The notes: generated by a model from the sequence alone, not told the origin. Positions 9,937 to 20,245 are shown, counted from the stretch's first letter. The stretch is DNA of 64,000 nucleotides from an uncultured Mycoplasmatota bacterium (GCA_900550255.1 URQZ01000006.1:3392-67391); one strand, 5' to 3'. A program made the numbers and translations.

Positions 9937-11514
9937 ATGAATTTGTTATTGAAAAATGGTAAAAAAGTTTTGTTAGTTGTTTTTTCATTCTTTTTCATTT
10001 TTGGTGTTAAAGCATTAGAAAACAATTCTGTATCTAACATTAATAATCTTAGTAGTTGTGTTTTACAAAATTTAAATGGTAATAAATATTGTTTAGATGA
10101 AAATGGAGTAATGCAAAAGGGAATAATTAATGTAGATGGTACAAAATATTTCTTTGGAGAATACTCGGGAGTATTAAAATATGGATTTGTAACAGCACTA
10201 AATGGAGATGTGTATTATACCTCAAATGACGGAATAATAAGAACAGGAATCCAAATGATAAACGGAAATAAATATTATTTTAATGAAAATGGAATAATGC
10301 AAAAAGGTATAATTGATATAGATGGTACAAGATATTTCTTTGGAGAATACTCAGGAGTATTGAAGTATGACCTTGTGACAGCTTTAAATGGAGAAGTGTA
10401 TTATACATCGAATGATGGAGTAGTAAAAACAGGAATTCAAGAAATAGGCGGAAACAAATATTATTTTGATGCCAACGGAATAATGCGAAAGGGAATAATT
10501 GAAATAGATGGTACAAGATATTTCTTCGGAGAATACTCAGGGGTATTAAAATATGGATTTGTAACAGCTTTAAATGGAAATATATATTATACAGCAAATG
10601 ATGGAATAGTAAGAACAGGAATTCAAACAATAAATAAGAAAAAATATTTCTTTGGAGAGTATTCAGGAGTATTAAAATATGGACTCGTAACAGCTTTAAA
10701 TGGAGATGTGTATTATACAGCAAATGATGGAATAATAAGGACTGGAGTTCAAATAATAAATGGAGTTTTATATAAGTTTAATAGCGAAGGAAAATTAGAG
10801 AGTGGATGGACAACAAAAGCCGGCGCAACTTATTTTATGCAAGCTGATGGTACATTTTTAACGGGTTGGCATATAGTAATGGGTGAAAAATGCTTTTTCA
10901 ACTCATTAGGTCAACTTATTGGAAGAAATGTAAAAAGGATTATAGATGTTTCTAAATTTCAAGGTGAAATAGATTGGTATGCATTAAAAAATTCAAATAC
11001 TGTAGATGGTGTTATTTTAAGAATAGGATTAGGTAGTACATTACTTGATGAACAGGCTAAAAGAAATATTCAAAAGCTTAATGAATTGAATATTCCTTAT
11101 GGAATCTATTTGTTTAGTTATGCAGAAAATTCTCAAGAAGCAATTTGGGAAGCTGATTATACTAATAGATTAATAAAAGAATATGGAGCCAATCCAACAT
11201 TGGGAGTTTATCTAGATATTGAAAAATGGACTACTCATGCAGATGCTTCTGATAATATAAGTCAAGCAACTTATGAAGCAATTATTACAACTTATATAAA
11301 TAGAATGTCAAATTATGGCTATACAGCAAGAGTTTATACTGGTAAAAATTATGCCTTAAATAGATTAACAGAGTTAGCCCGTAGTTATGTCACTTGGATT
11401 GCTCAATATAATTATGTTTGTAATTATCCTGGATCATATAGAATATGGCAATATGGATCAGAGTATTATCCTGGAATAAATGGTGCGGTTGATACAAATG
11501 TTATGTTTAATTAA
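9937..11514 (+). CDS. GH25 muramidase (lysozyme/autolysin) with signal peptide and about 14 cell-wall-binding (CW_binding_1/choline-binding-type) repeats
   Basis: Signal peptide 'MNLLLKNGKKVLLVVFSFFFIFGVKA'. Repeated 'NGNKYYF.ENGIMQKGII.IDGTRYFFGEYSGVLKYGFVTALNG.VYYT'. C-terminal GH25 'IIDVSKFQGEIDWYAL...DGVILRIGLGST...GIYLFSYA'. Confidence 0.85.
   Translation: MNLLLKNGKKVLLVVFSFFFIFGVKALENNSVSNINNLSSCVLQNLNGNKYCLDENGVMQKGIINVDGTKYFFGEYSGVLKYGFVTALNGDVYYTSNDGIIRTGIQMINGNKYYFNENGIMQKGIIDIDGTRYFFGEYSGVLKYDLVTALNGEVYYTSNDGVVKTGIQEIGGNKYYFDANGIMRKGIIEIDGTRYFFGEYSGVLKYGFVTALNGNIYYTANDGIVRTGIQTINKKKYFFGEYSGVLKYGLVTALNGDVYYTANDGIIRTGVQIINGVLYKFNSEGKLESGWTTKAGATYFMQADGTFLTGWHIVMGEKCFFNSLGQLIGRNVKRIIDVSKFQGEIDWYALKNSNTVDGVILRIGLGSTLLDEQAKRNIQKLNELNIPYGIYLFSYAENSQEAIWEADYTNRLIKEYGANPTLGVYLDIEKWTTHADASDNISQATYEAIITTYINRMSNYGYTARVYTGKNYALNRLTELARSYVTWIAQYNYVCNYPGSYRIWQYGSEYYPGINGAVDTNVMFN
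10072..10925 (+). repeat. Coding tandem repeats of ~180 bp (three 20-aa cell-wall-binding repeats per unit), about four units
   Basis: Near-identical 60-aa blocks are visible in the translation. They generate the spurious antisense ORF 10280..10723. Confidence 0.8.
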
Positions 11515-11521
11515 GAAAAAA

Positions 11522-11552
11522 AAGATTGATAAATAAAGTCAATCTTTTTTTT
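11522..11552 (+). terminator. Rho-independent terminator
   Basis: AAGATTGA-taaataaag-TCAATCTT plus an 8-T run. Confidence 0.7.
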
Positions 11553-11621
11553 AAACTTTGGTAGGTAATATATTTATTGCTATATTGTCGTTTTTCCTGT
11601 ATAATTAACGTAGGTGGTAAC

Positions 11622-13748
11622 ATGAACTTATTAAAAAAAACATATAAAGATATTATTATCTTTTTAATTCCATTTTTAATATTTATAATATTGCTTTTTT
11701 CATATTACCCTGGTCTTATTACTTATGACGGTATTAATCAGTGGAATCAAGTTCAAAACGGAACTATTAATAATGCGCATCCATTTTTTAGTACATACTT
11801 TATGTTAATTATTTCAAAATTTTGGAATAGTCCAAGAGCGGTTTTAGTATTTCAAATCTTTATTTTTAGTTTCTTTTGGTCTATTATTTGTAATAAAACA
11901 AGAAAGAATAATTATGGTAGACAAGTAATATATACATTTTTAATAAGTCTTATTCCGATAATTAGTATGTATTCTATAACTTTATGGAAAGATGTTTTGT
12001 ATTCATATTATCTTATGATGTTAGCTTTTCTTACATATTATTTTGCTAAAGAAAAAAAATATAAAATGAATATTTTTGATTATATATGTTTAGGATTGTT
12101 ATTGTTTTTAATTTATAGTTATAGACATAACGCAATAGTTGCTGTAGTTTTATATTTTATAATTTTTACAATTTTAGTTTTAAAAAATAATAAAAATAGT
12201 ATAAAAAAGCTTTTAATAGTTTATTTAACATTTGGTGTCCTTCTTTTTGCGATATCAATTCCTAAATCAATATATTTGGAAAAAGAAGTCAAAAAGAAAG
12301 ATGAAGTGGCAATTGGTACGGTAAATCAGTATATAACATGGATTTTTGGCTCTTATATACAAGAAGAGAAAATATCAAAAAACGATTTGGAATTTTTAGA
12401 TAATATTATTGATATAAATTATTGGAAAAAAAGGTATAATCCATTTTTAATAAATTCAACATTCAATCCAGACAAAATAAATGAAAAATATATGATTAAG
12501 CATCAAAAAAAGTATCAAGATTTGTTTATAAAATATGTTTTGAAAAATCCAGGAATTTTTATTAAACATTATTTGAATGCAGATTCATTATTGATTGGGA
12601 TAAACTCCATCGATTATGGTTACATATATGTATATCCATTTACGGAATGGGAAAAAGGGGATTATGGCTTTGATAAAAGTATAAATAGCAAAATTCCAAA
12701 AATAGAAGAAGAAAATACAGAACTTATTAATTATACATATGATGGAATTTTAAAGTATTTTTATCAACCTGGATTGATTTTATATATATCATTATTAATT
12801 ACAGTATATTTATGTCATAAGAATAAAAATAAAAAATACTTTTTACTTTTATTACCAATGTTTTTAAATACTCTATCTTTGTTACCAGTTAATTTAGCTC
12901 AAGATTTAAGATATGTATACATAAACTATTTAACTTTAATATTACTAGGATTATTTGTTATACAAAAGGAAAAAAGAAGTGATGATATGAAAAACTATAC
13001 AAAACCAGAATTAAAACAAAAATCAAAAAAAAATCAAAAGATTTTATTGATAATCCCTGCCTATAATGAAGAGGAAAATATATTAAAAACCTATAAAACA
13101 ATTGTTAACTACAACAAACAAAACAAAACAAATTATGATGTTATAGTCATTAATGATGGTTCAACAGATAAAACAAGTGAAATATGTTTTAATAACCATA
13201 TACCAACAGTTAATCTTATTCATAATCTTGGTATAGGTGGCGCTGTTCAAACAGGATATAAATATGCTTATGAAAATGCTTATGATATAGCAATTCAATA
13301 TGACGGAGATGGACAACATGATGTTAGATATGTAAAAAAAATTGTTGAACCTATTTTAAATGGAAAAGCTGATTTTGTGATTGGTTCTAGATTTGTTAAA
13401 AAAAGCGATGAAAATTTTAATTCTACATTTGCTCGAAGAATAGGAATTAACATAATATCATTTTTTATAAAATTGGTTTCGAAGAAAAAAATATATGATA
13501 CAACATCTGGATTTAGAGCATGTAATAAAGCAATAATTCGCGAATTTGCATTTGAATATCCACTTGAATATCCTGAGCCAATAACAACGGTTGAATTAAT
13601 AAAAAAAGGTTATAGAGTTTCAGAAGTCGATGTAAAAATGAATGAAAGAAAAGGTGGCACTTCATCAATTAAATCTTGGAAAAATATATATTATATGATT
13701 AATGTTGTATTATCCATTTTAATAATTGGTTCAAGGAGGCAAAAATAA
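11622..13748 (+). CDS. Fusion protein: N-terminal ~11-TM GT-C-like membrane domain plus C-terminal GtrB/DPM1-like GT2 (polyprenyl-phosphate sugar synthase-like)
   Basis: C-terminus 'LLIIPAYNEEENI...VIVINDGSTDKT...QYDGDGQHD' matches GtrB-like GT2. The N-terminal first loop has 'YYPGLITYDGINQW' and many TM helices. ATG at 11622 follows TAGGTGGT. Confidence 0.6.
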   Translation: MNLLKKTYKDIIIFLIPFLIFIILLFSYYPGLITYDGINQWNQVQNGTINNAHPFFSTYFMLIISKFWNSPRAVLVFQIFIFSFFWSIICNKTRKNNYGRQVIYTFLISLIPIISMYSITLWKDVLYSYYLMMLAFLTYYFAKEKKYKMNIFDYICLGLLLFLIYSYRHNAIVAVVLYFIIFTILVLKNNKNSIKKLLIVYLTFGVLLFAISIPKSIYLEKEVKKKDEVAIGTVNQYITWIFGSYIQEEKISKNDLEFLDNIIDINYWKKRYNPFLINSTFNPDKINEKYMIKHQKKYQDLFIKYVLKNPGIFIKHYLNADSLLIGINSIDYGYIYVYPFTEWEKGDYGFDKSINSKIPKIEEENTELINYTYDGILKYFYQPGLILYISLLITVYLCHKNKNKKYFLLLLPMFLNTLSLLPVNLAQDLRYVYINYLTLILLGLFVIQKEKRSDDMKNYTKPELKQKSKKNQKILLIIPAYNEEENILKTYKTIVNYNKQNKTNYDVIVINDGSTDKTSEICFNNHIPTVNLIHNLGIGGAVQTGYKYAYENAYDIAIQYDGDGQHDVRYVKKIVEPILNGKADFVIGSRFVKKSDENFNSTFARRIGINIISFFIKLVSKKKIYDTTSGFRACNKAIIREFAFEYPLEYPEPITTVELIKKGYRVSEVDVKMNERKGGTSSIKSWKNIYYMINVVLSILIIGSRRQK

Positions 13749-14098
13749 TGACGTTTAATTTAAGATTAGGCTTGGTTATTGTATCATTATTGTTGATGAT
13801 AGTAGTAATAAAAATATTAAAAAAAGGAAGAATTCCAATAAAATACTCATTAATTTGGATTTTATCTAGCATTATCATTTTTTTAGTTAGTTTAATTCCA
13901 AGTTTATTTGAATGGATTTCAAGATTATTTGGGTTTGTGACCATGGCAAATATGGTTGTTGGAATTTTTATCTTTGTTTTACTTATGATAACAATTTCTT
14001 TAACAGTGATGATTGCAGGTCAAAAGAAAAAAACTACTATGTTAATCCAAGAAATCTCACTTTTAAAACATGAGGTTGAAAAAGATGGAAAAAAATAG
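13748..14098 (+). CDS. Small 3-4 TM membrane protein (DUF2304/GtrA-like) coupled to the GT2 gene
   Basis: 116 aa and hydrophobic. The ATG overlaps the upstream stop (ATGA) after GGAGG. Confidence 0.45.
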   Translation: MTFNLRLGLVIVSLLLMIVVIKILKKGRIPIKYSLIWILSSIIIFLVSLIPSLFEWISRLFGFVTMANMVVGIFIFVLLMITISLTVMIAGQKKKTTMLIQEISLLKHEVEKDGKK

Positions 14099-15524
14099 TA
14101 CAACTGATTCAAAAAAAACTTTAAAGTCTATAATATGCAATGTTTTTACTAGTGGTGTAACAATTATAGTTTCATTAATTTCTACAGTTGTTATAACGAG
14201 AATCATAACAGTAGCAGATTTAGGTATTGCTTCAAGTTTTAATAGTTTAAAAAGCATTTTAACTATTATATGCCTATTATCTGTTTATATTTCTATAAAT
14301 AGAATGATATTAGATATAGATGGAAATGATTATGAATATTTATCATCTATATATATTTTTTCTAGTTTGTTTTGTATTTTTATGTATATAATTTATATTA
14401 TATTTAGGAGCTTTTTTAATAATATCTTTGGCTTTGATACTAAAATGATGACTTTAATGTTCTCAATTATATTTATGATAAATGGTGGAACTATTCTAAC
14501 AAATTACTGGAATTTTAAAAACAAATATAAATTACTGTTTATTAATAATTTATTATCATCACCTATTTCTCAAATTATATCATTAGTTTTGTCGTATGTA
14601 TTATCGAGTCATAAATATTTGGGAAGAATTATTGGAATTGAAACCTTTAATATTATATTTGGACTAATTTATGGAATAATTATTTTGGTTAAGGGAAAAT
14701 TTTCTTTTAATAGAGATTATATAAGAAAAACTTTACATATTTGTATTCCTATGATTCCACATTTATTAGCTCAAATTATGCTTACAAGTTGTGATTTATT
14801 AATGATAAGAAATATTGCTGGAAATAATGCAGCTGGGGTATATAGTATGGCATATACAATATCAAATATATTGTATTTAATTTTAATTCAATTGTTAATG
14901 CCTTGGTCTCCATGGGTATATAGAAGAATGAAAAATAATGAAATAGAAACAATTGAAAAAAATTCAAAACTGTTAACTACTCTTTGTTGGTTTTTATGTT
15001 TAGGATTGTTTACTATTTCGCCAGAAATGATAAAATTATGTTTAGGAAAAGAGTATTACGAGGCTTCTTTTATAATTGCACCAATATGTGTTGGTATATT
15101 TTTTGAAGTAATGTATATTTACTTTTATGATATCGAGTATTTTTACAAAAAAAACAAACAGATTGCTATATTTTCTGTAATAGCTGCATTGTTGAATTTG
15201 TTATTAAATTATATTTTTATAAATAAATTTGGTTATAAAGCTGCAGCCTATACAACTTTCTTTAGTTATTTTGTATTATTTGTATTACATTATTTTGAAA
15301 TGAAAAGAATAGAAAAAAGAAAAATTTATGATGTTAAATTTATTATGGTAATGTCATTAATTCTTACTGGAATAGCATGTATATATATTTTGACTAATAA
15401 CAATATTTTTGTTCGTTATTCAGCTTTAATTTTTTCAACTGTATTAATTTTTGTAAAAAATAAAAAGATTTTATTAAATATTATTAAAAATAGGAAATTG
15501 GGAGATGTGTTAAATGATAAGTAA
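14085..15524 (+). CDS. Oligosaccharide flippase (Wzx-type, MOP superfamily polysaccharide biosynthesis protein)
   Basis: ~480 aa with 12-14 TM and the typical Wzx length and topology. Placed among glycosyltransferases. Confidence 0.7.
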   Translation: MEKNSTTDSKKTLKSIICNVFTSGVTIIVSLISTVVITRIITVADLGIASSFNSLKSILTIICLLSVYISINRMILDIDGNDYEYLSSIYIFSSLFCIFMYIIYIIFRSFFNNIFGFDTKMMTLMFSIIFMINGGTILTNYWNFKNKYKLLFINNLLSSPISQIISLVLSYVLSSHKYLGRIIGIETFNIIFGLIYGIIILVKGKFSFNRDYIRKTLHICIPMIPHLLAQIMLTSCDLLMIRNIAGNNAAGVYSMAYTISNILYLILIQLLMPWSPWVYRRMKNNEIETIEKNSKLLTTLCWFLCLGLFTISPEMIKLCLGKEYYEASFIIAPICVGIFFEVMYIYFYDIEYFYKKNKQIAIFSVIAALLNLLLNYIFINKFGYKAAAYTTFFSYFVLFVLHYFEMKRIEKRKIYDVKFIMVMSLILTGIACIYILTNNNIFVRYSALIFSTVLIFVKNKKILLNIIKNRKLGDVLNDK

Positions 15525-16470
15525 ACATGTAATAGGTAGATTAGGAAATCAAATGTTTCAATACGCTACAGTTAGAGCATTTCAATTAAAATATAGACCA
15601 AATGATCAAATTTTATTAGATTTTTCTGAAGTTTATGATAAGGATAATGTTGGTTATAAAGAAGAATTATCAGACTTTAATATTAGTCCAATAATTAAAG
15701 GTCGTATAAAAATGACATTAAAGCAAAAAACACTTAATAACTATTTAAATTTTGTTAAATTTTATAATGCAGCTAGAGATAAGTTTAATTATAGTGTTGA
15801 ATATAATAGAAAATTATATAAATTTGAAAATAAAATAGAAGAAAAATTAAATAAAAGTGGTTTATATAGTTTTAGGTTAGGATTTTATAATTTTCGTGAT
15901 TATGGCGTTAAAAATACTGTTTTTTATGGTACATTTGAATCACCAAAATATTTTGATGATATTAAGGAAGTTTTACAAAAAGAATTTACACCAAAATATG
16001 GATTGTTGGAAAAAAACAAAAAATTGTATAATCAAATTTTAGAAACAAATTCGGTTTGTATTACAATAAGACGAGGTGATTTTGTAAGTGACCCTCATTT
16101 TAAAAAAAATCTTTATGTATGTGATGAAAAATATTTTGAAACTGCAATAAATTTAATTAAGAAAAAAATAAATAATCCAACGTTTTTTGTCTTTAGTGAT
16201 GATGTAGAATGGTGTAAAAAAAATATGAAATTTCCTAAACAAACATATTTTGAAACTGGTGATGATCCAACTTGGGAAAAATTAAGATTAATGTATAGTT
16301 GCAAGCACTTTATTATTTCAAATAGTACATTTAGTTGGTGGGCACAATATTTATCAACAAATGAAAGTAAAATTGTGATTGCTCCAAGCAGATGGGGTAA
16401 TCTATCATATAAAGGGGAAAATGTCCAAACAGATATTTATGAAGATGATTGGATATTAGTTGATGTGTAG
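15514..16470 (+). CDS. GT11 alpha-1,2-fucosyltransferase
   Basis: 'IGRLGNQMFQYATVRAF' and 'FIISNSTFSWWAQYL' are GT11 signature motifs. Confidence 0.8.
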   Translation: MISKHVIGRLGNQMFQYATVRAFQLKYRPNDQILLDFSEVYDKDNVGYKEELSDFNISPIIKGRIKMTLKQKTLNNYLNFVKFYNAARDKFNYSVEYNRKLYKFENKIEEKLNKSGLYSFRLGFYNFRDYGVKNTVFYGTFESPKYFDDIKEVLQKEFTPKYGLLEKNKKLYNQILETNSVCITIRRGDFVSDPHFKKNLYVCDEKYFETAINLIKKKINNPTFFVFSDDVEWCKKNMKFPKQTYFETGDDPTWEKLRLMYSCKHFIISNSTFSWWAQYLSTNESKIVIAPSRWGNLSYKGENVQTDIYEDDWILVDV

Positions 16471-16477
16471 AAAATAT

Positions 16478-17455
16478 ATGGATAAAGTAACAGTAATCGT
16501 ACCAGTGTATAATGCTGAAAAATTTATATCTGATGGAATAAAAAGTGTGCTAAATCAAAATTATGAAAATATTGAATTAATATTAATAAATGATGGATCT
16601 TTAGATAACTCACTAGAAATAATAAAATTTTGGGAACAAAAATATCCTAATATAATTAAAGTATATAACAAAAAAAATTCAGGTGTTGGAAAAACAAGAA
16701 ATTTTGGTATAAAAAAAGCAACAGGAAAGTATATTACATTTTTGGATGCTGATGATTATCTAGATGAAGATTTTATAAGTCAAATGGTAAAAATGATAGG
16801 AGATAATGATATTATTATTGGTGGATATAATCAGGTTGATTTAAATCACAATATAGTATTTACTAGAAAAATTTTACCAAATGAATTATCAAAATTTAGA
16901 CAAATGGTAATTTGGGCAAAACTTTATCGTAGTAAATTTTTGATTGATAATCACATAATTTTTAATGATTTAAAAGTAGGAGAAGATATTACATTTTCAT
17001 TGGATACATACATAAATACTTCTAAGGTAAAATGCACAGACTATTCTGGATATAATAATGTTTCTAATGACTTTTCAGTAACTAAGAATATGGATTTAAA
17101 AAAAGATTTAGACATTAATGGGTTAATTAAAAATTTATGTATAAAATCGACTAAAGGAAATTTTATTGAACAAAATAAAAAGCAATTAGAATTCTTCTTT
17201 TTAAAATTATTTACGAATTATTTATATGATAAATCAAGGGTTTTAAATTATAGGGAATTAGAAAAATATTATAAAGAAGGAATTAATTTTATTAAAGATT
17301 TTTATCAAAAACATGATATGAATTTTTCGATAATGTATAATAAAACAGAGCCATTTAATATAAATCTTGCAATCAATATTGTAATAATGTCATATAAATT
17401 GAAATTTAGTAAAATTCTGTTAAAAATTTTAATAAGAAAATTTCATGTAAAATAG
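16478..17455 (+). CDS. GT2 family glycosyltransferase
   Basis: 'VTVIVPVYNAEKFI...IELILINDGSLDNS' and 'FLDADDYL'. Confidence 0.8.
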   Translation: MDKVTVIVPVYNAEKFISDGIKSVLNQNYENIELILINDGSLDNSLEIIKFWEQKYPNIIKVYNKKNSGVGKTRNFGIKKATGKYITFLDADDYLDEDFISQMVKMIGDNDIIIGGYNQVDLNHNIVFTRKILPNELSKFRQMVIWAKLYRSKFLIDNHIIFNDLKVGEDITFSLDTYINTSKVKCTDYSGYNNVSNDFSVTKNMDLKKDLDINGLIKNLCIKSTKGNFIEQNKKQLEFFFLKLFTNYLYDKSRVLNYRELEKYYKEGINFIKDFYQKHDMNFSIMYNKTEPFNINLAINIVIMSYKLKFSKILLKILIRKFHVK

Positions 17456-17467
17456 ATTTGGGTGATA

Positions 17468-18451
17468 ATGATGACTGATAATCTTAAAATAAGTATAATT
17501 GTTCCTGTATACAATTCTCAAAAAACGATTCAAAGATGCTGTGACAGTTTACTAAATCAGACATATAAAAATATTGAAATTATATTAGTAAATGATGGCT
17601 CAAAAGATGAGTCACTAAAAATTATTAATAGTTATGAATGTAAATATGATAATGTAATTGTCTTAAATCAAAAAAATAGTGGTGCTGGTGCTGCAAGAAA
17701 TAATGGATTATTAAAAGCAAGTGGCGAGTATGTGACATTCGTTGATTCAGATGATGAATTATCTAAAGATGCTATAAAAAATATGGTGAAGTGCTTGAAA
17801 CCTGATACAGATATTGTAATAAGTGGATTTAAGGAATTTGATGATAAAGGAAATGTCTTAATAGATATGATTCCTAAAAAAAATTATTGGACAGAATTTA
17901 AATTTACTTCTACAATGTTTAAACTTTATCGAAAAAAATATTTAATTGATAATAATGTTAAGTTTGCACATTTTAATGTTTTTGAGGATTTATATTTTTG
18001 CTTGTGTGCATATTCAAGATCGAATAATATTGAAATAAATAGTAATCAAGATTATATTATATATAAAAATGCTGATTCTATAACATCAAATTTTGAAAAT
18101 AGACCATTACAAGATTGTAAAAATGTTTTAGAAGCACTAAATAAAAATGTTAATTTTTATAAATATAGTAATTCTACAGTTGAATTCTTTTATTTAAAAA
18201 CATTAGTTCTTAATATAGTTGTTCAATTAGATGGACACAATTTAAATGATTTAAATAATATCTATATAAATGATTATAATTGGCTTAAATCCTTGAAAAT
18301 AACTTCAAAACCAATTAAATTTCATTGGCAAAAATATGAGGATTTTTCAATAAATTTTGCTGTTAATCTTTTCAACTTTATGACTAAGATACATTTAAAC
18401 AAATTTTTAATATTTGTTTTAAAAAGAATGAAAAAAATTAGATTTAAATAA
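17468..18451 (+). CDS. GT2 family glycosyltransferase
   Basis: 'ISIIVPVYNSQKTI...IEIILVNDGSKDES' and 'FVDSDDEL'. Confidence 0.8.
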   Translation: MMTDNLKISIIVPVYNSQKTIQRCCDSLLNQTYKNIEIILVNDGSKDESLKIINSYECKYDNVIVLNQKNSGAGAARNNGLLKASGEYVTFVDSDDELSKDAIKNMVKCLKPDTDIVISGFKEFDDKGNVLIDMIPKKNYWTEFKFTSTMFKLYRKKYLIDNNVKFAHFNVFEDLYFCLCAYSRSNNIEINSNQDYIIYKNADSITSNFENRPLQDCKNVLEALNKNVNFYKYSNSTVEFFYLKTLVLNIVVQLDGHNLNDLNNIYINDYNWLKSLKITSKPIKFHWQKYEDFSINFAVNLFNFMTKIHLNKFLIFVLKRMKKIRFK

Positions 18452-18465
18452 AATAGAGGTGGATT

Positions 18466-19467
18466 ATGAATATTTTATATACATTAAATGATAAATTTGT
18501 TCCTCAAGTTGGAGCTGGAATTTGTTCTATATGTGAAAATAATAAACAAATTAAAGATATCAATTTTTATATTATTTCTTATGGAATTACAATAAACAAT
18601 AAGAAAAAAATGCAAAAGTTAGTAAAAAAATATGAAAGGAATATTGAAATAATAGAACTTGAAAATTTAAACAAATATTTCAATTTTAATTTTGACACAT
18701 TAGGTTGGAATAAAGTAATTTTGTCACGACTTTTAATGGGAAATATTCTTTCTAAAAATATTGATAAAATTATTTATTTAGATGGTGATACAATAGTTAG
18801 AGGTTGTTTGGGTGAATTATGGAATTTAGATATGAAAAATAAAATAATAGGAATGAGTATAGAACCAACAGCTAATAAAAAAAGAAAAGAAAAATTAGGG
18901 TTAAAAGAATATCCATATTATAATTCTGGTGTACTTTTGGTTGATTTAAAAAAATGGAGAAAGTATAATATACAAGATAAAATAATTAATTATTATAAGG
19001 AACAAAATGGGAGACTTTTTGCAGCGGATCAAGATGCAATAAATGCTGTTTTAAAAGATCAAATTTTTACCATTTCTCCTAAATATAATTATTATAATAT
19101 TTTTGATCAATATTCATATAACTTTTGTTGTAGATTAATGAAGCCTTTAGAATATTCTAATTACATAAAAAAAGATGATTATATTTCTTCTCGAAAAAAT
19201 CCTATTATTATTCATTATTTGGGTGAAGAGCGACCTTGGCGAAAATATAATACACATAAGTATAGAAATGATTATAAAAAATATTTAAATATGACACCTT
19301 GGAAAGAAACAAAAGATGAAGATGGATGGCTTTTATATTTTACTTGTTGGAAAATATTTAATTTTTTTACTAAACCATTCCCAAAATTAAGATATAACAT
19401 AATTAATTCATTAATTCCTAAATTTATGAATTATAGAAAGAAGAAATTGAAAAATGAAAACAAATAG
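18466..19467 (+). CDS. GT8 family glycosyltransferase (RfaJ/LgtC-like)
   Basis: 'ILYTLNDKFVPQVGAGICSI', 'YLDGDTIVRGCLGELW' (DXD) and 'YYNSGVLLVDLKKWRK'. Confidence 0.75.
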   Translation: MNILYTLNDKFVPQVGAGICSICENNKQIKDINFYIISYGITINNKKKMQKLVKKYERNIEIIELENLNKYFNFNFDTLGWNKVILSRLLMGNILSKNIDKIIYLDGDTIVRGCLGELWNLDMKNKIIGMSIEPTANKKRKEKLGLKEYPYYNSGVLLVDLKKWRKYNIQDKIINYYKEQNGRLFAADQDAINAVLKDQIFTISPKYNYYNIFDQYSYNFCCRLMKPLEYSNYIKKDDYISSRKNPIIIHYLGEERPWRKYNTHKYRNDYKKYLNMTPWKETKDEDGWLLYFTCWKIFNFFTKPFPKLRYNIINSLIPKFMNYRKKKLKNENK

Positions 19468-20245
19468 TATTCATACATTTGTAGTACTAGCGTATAAAGA
19501 GTCAAAATACTTAGAAGAATGTATAAAATCAGTATTGAATCAAAAATATAGGAGTAAAGTTGTAATTGCAACATCTACACCAAATAAATTTATTGATAAA
19601 ATTGCGAAGAAGTATAATTTGGAAATTATTGAAAATAAAGAACATAGAAGTATAGGTGGGGATTTTGATTTTGCCATAAGTTGTGGTAAAACAGAACTTG
19701 TTACGGTTGCACATCAAGATGATGTTTATGATTATGAATATAGTTATAGTATGGTAGAGGCTTATAAAAAAAATAAAGAAGCTTTGATTATTTTTCCACA
19801 TTATTACGAAATTAAAAACTCTGGAAAAGTATATAAAAATACAAATTTAAATATCAAAAAAATACTATTATATCCGTTAAAAATTAGAAAATTTAGTAAA
19901 TATAAATTTAATAAACGTTTTAGTTTATGTTTTGGTAATCCAATAGGATGTCCATCTGTAACCTTCAATAGAAAAAAAATTGATTTACCTCTTTTTGAGT
20001 ATGAATTTAAATGTGATATTGATTGGCATGCATGGGAAAAATTAAGTAAAAAAAATGGCTCATTTATATATGTAAGTAAACAATTAATGGGCCATAGAGT
20101 TCATGATGAATCAACTACAACAGAGCTAATTAATGATAGAACAAGAACTAAAGAAGATTTAGAAATGTTTAAAAGATTTTGGCCAGATTTTATAGCAAAG
20201 TTTATTAATAAATTTTATGTTAAAGCTGAAAAAAATAATCAATAG
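19454..20245 (+). CDS. GT2-like glycosyltransferase
   Basis: 'HTFVVLAYKESKYLEECIKSVLNQ' is a GT2-like N-terminus. Overlaps the upstream gene by 14 nt. Confidence 0.55.
   Translation: MKTNSIHTFVVLAYKESKYLEECIKSVLNQKYRSKVVIATSTPNKFIDKIAKKYNLEIIENKEHRSIGGDFDFAISCGKTELVTVAHQDDVYDYEYSYSMVEAYKKNKEALIIFPHYYEIKNSGKVYKNTNLNIKKILLYPLKIRKFSKYKFNKRFSLCFGNPIGCPSVTFNRKKIDLPLFEYEFKCDIDWHAWEKLSKKNGSFIYVSKQLMGHRVHDESTTTELINDRTRTKEDLEMFKRFWPDFIAKFINKFYVKAEKNNQ

Noticed and set aside
10280-10723. 147-aa antisense ORF opposite the lysozyme gene
   Set aside because: It lies entirely within the tandem cell-wall-binding repeat region, and its L/H/F-rich translation is a mirror artefact of the repeats on the coding strand.
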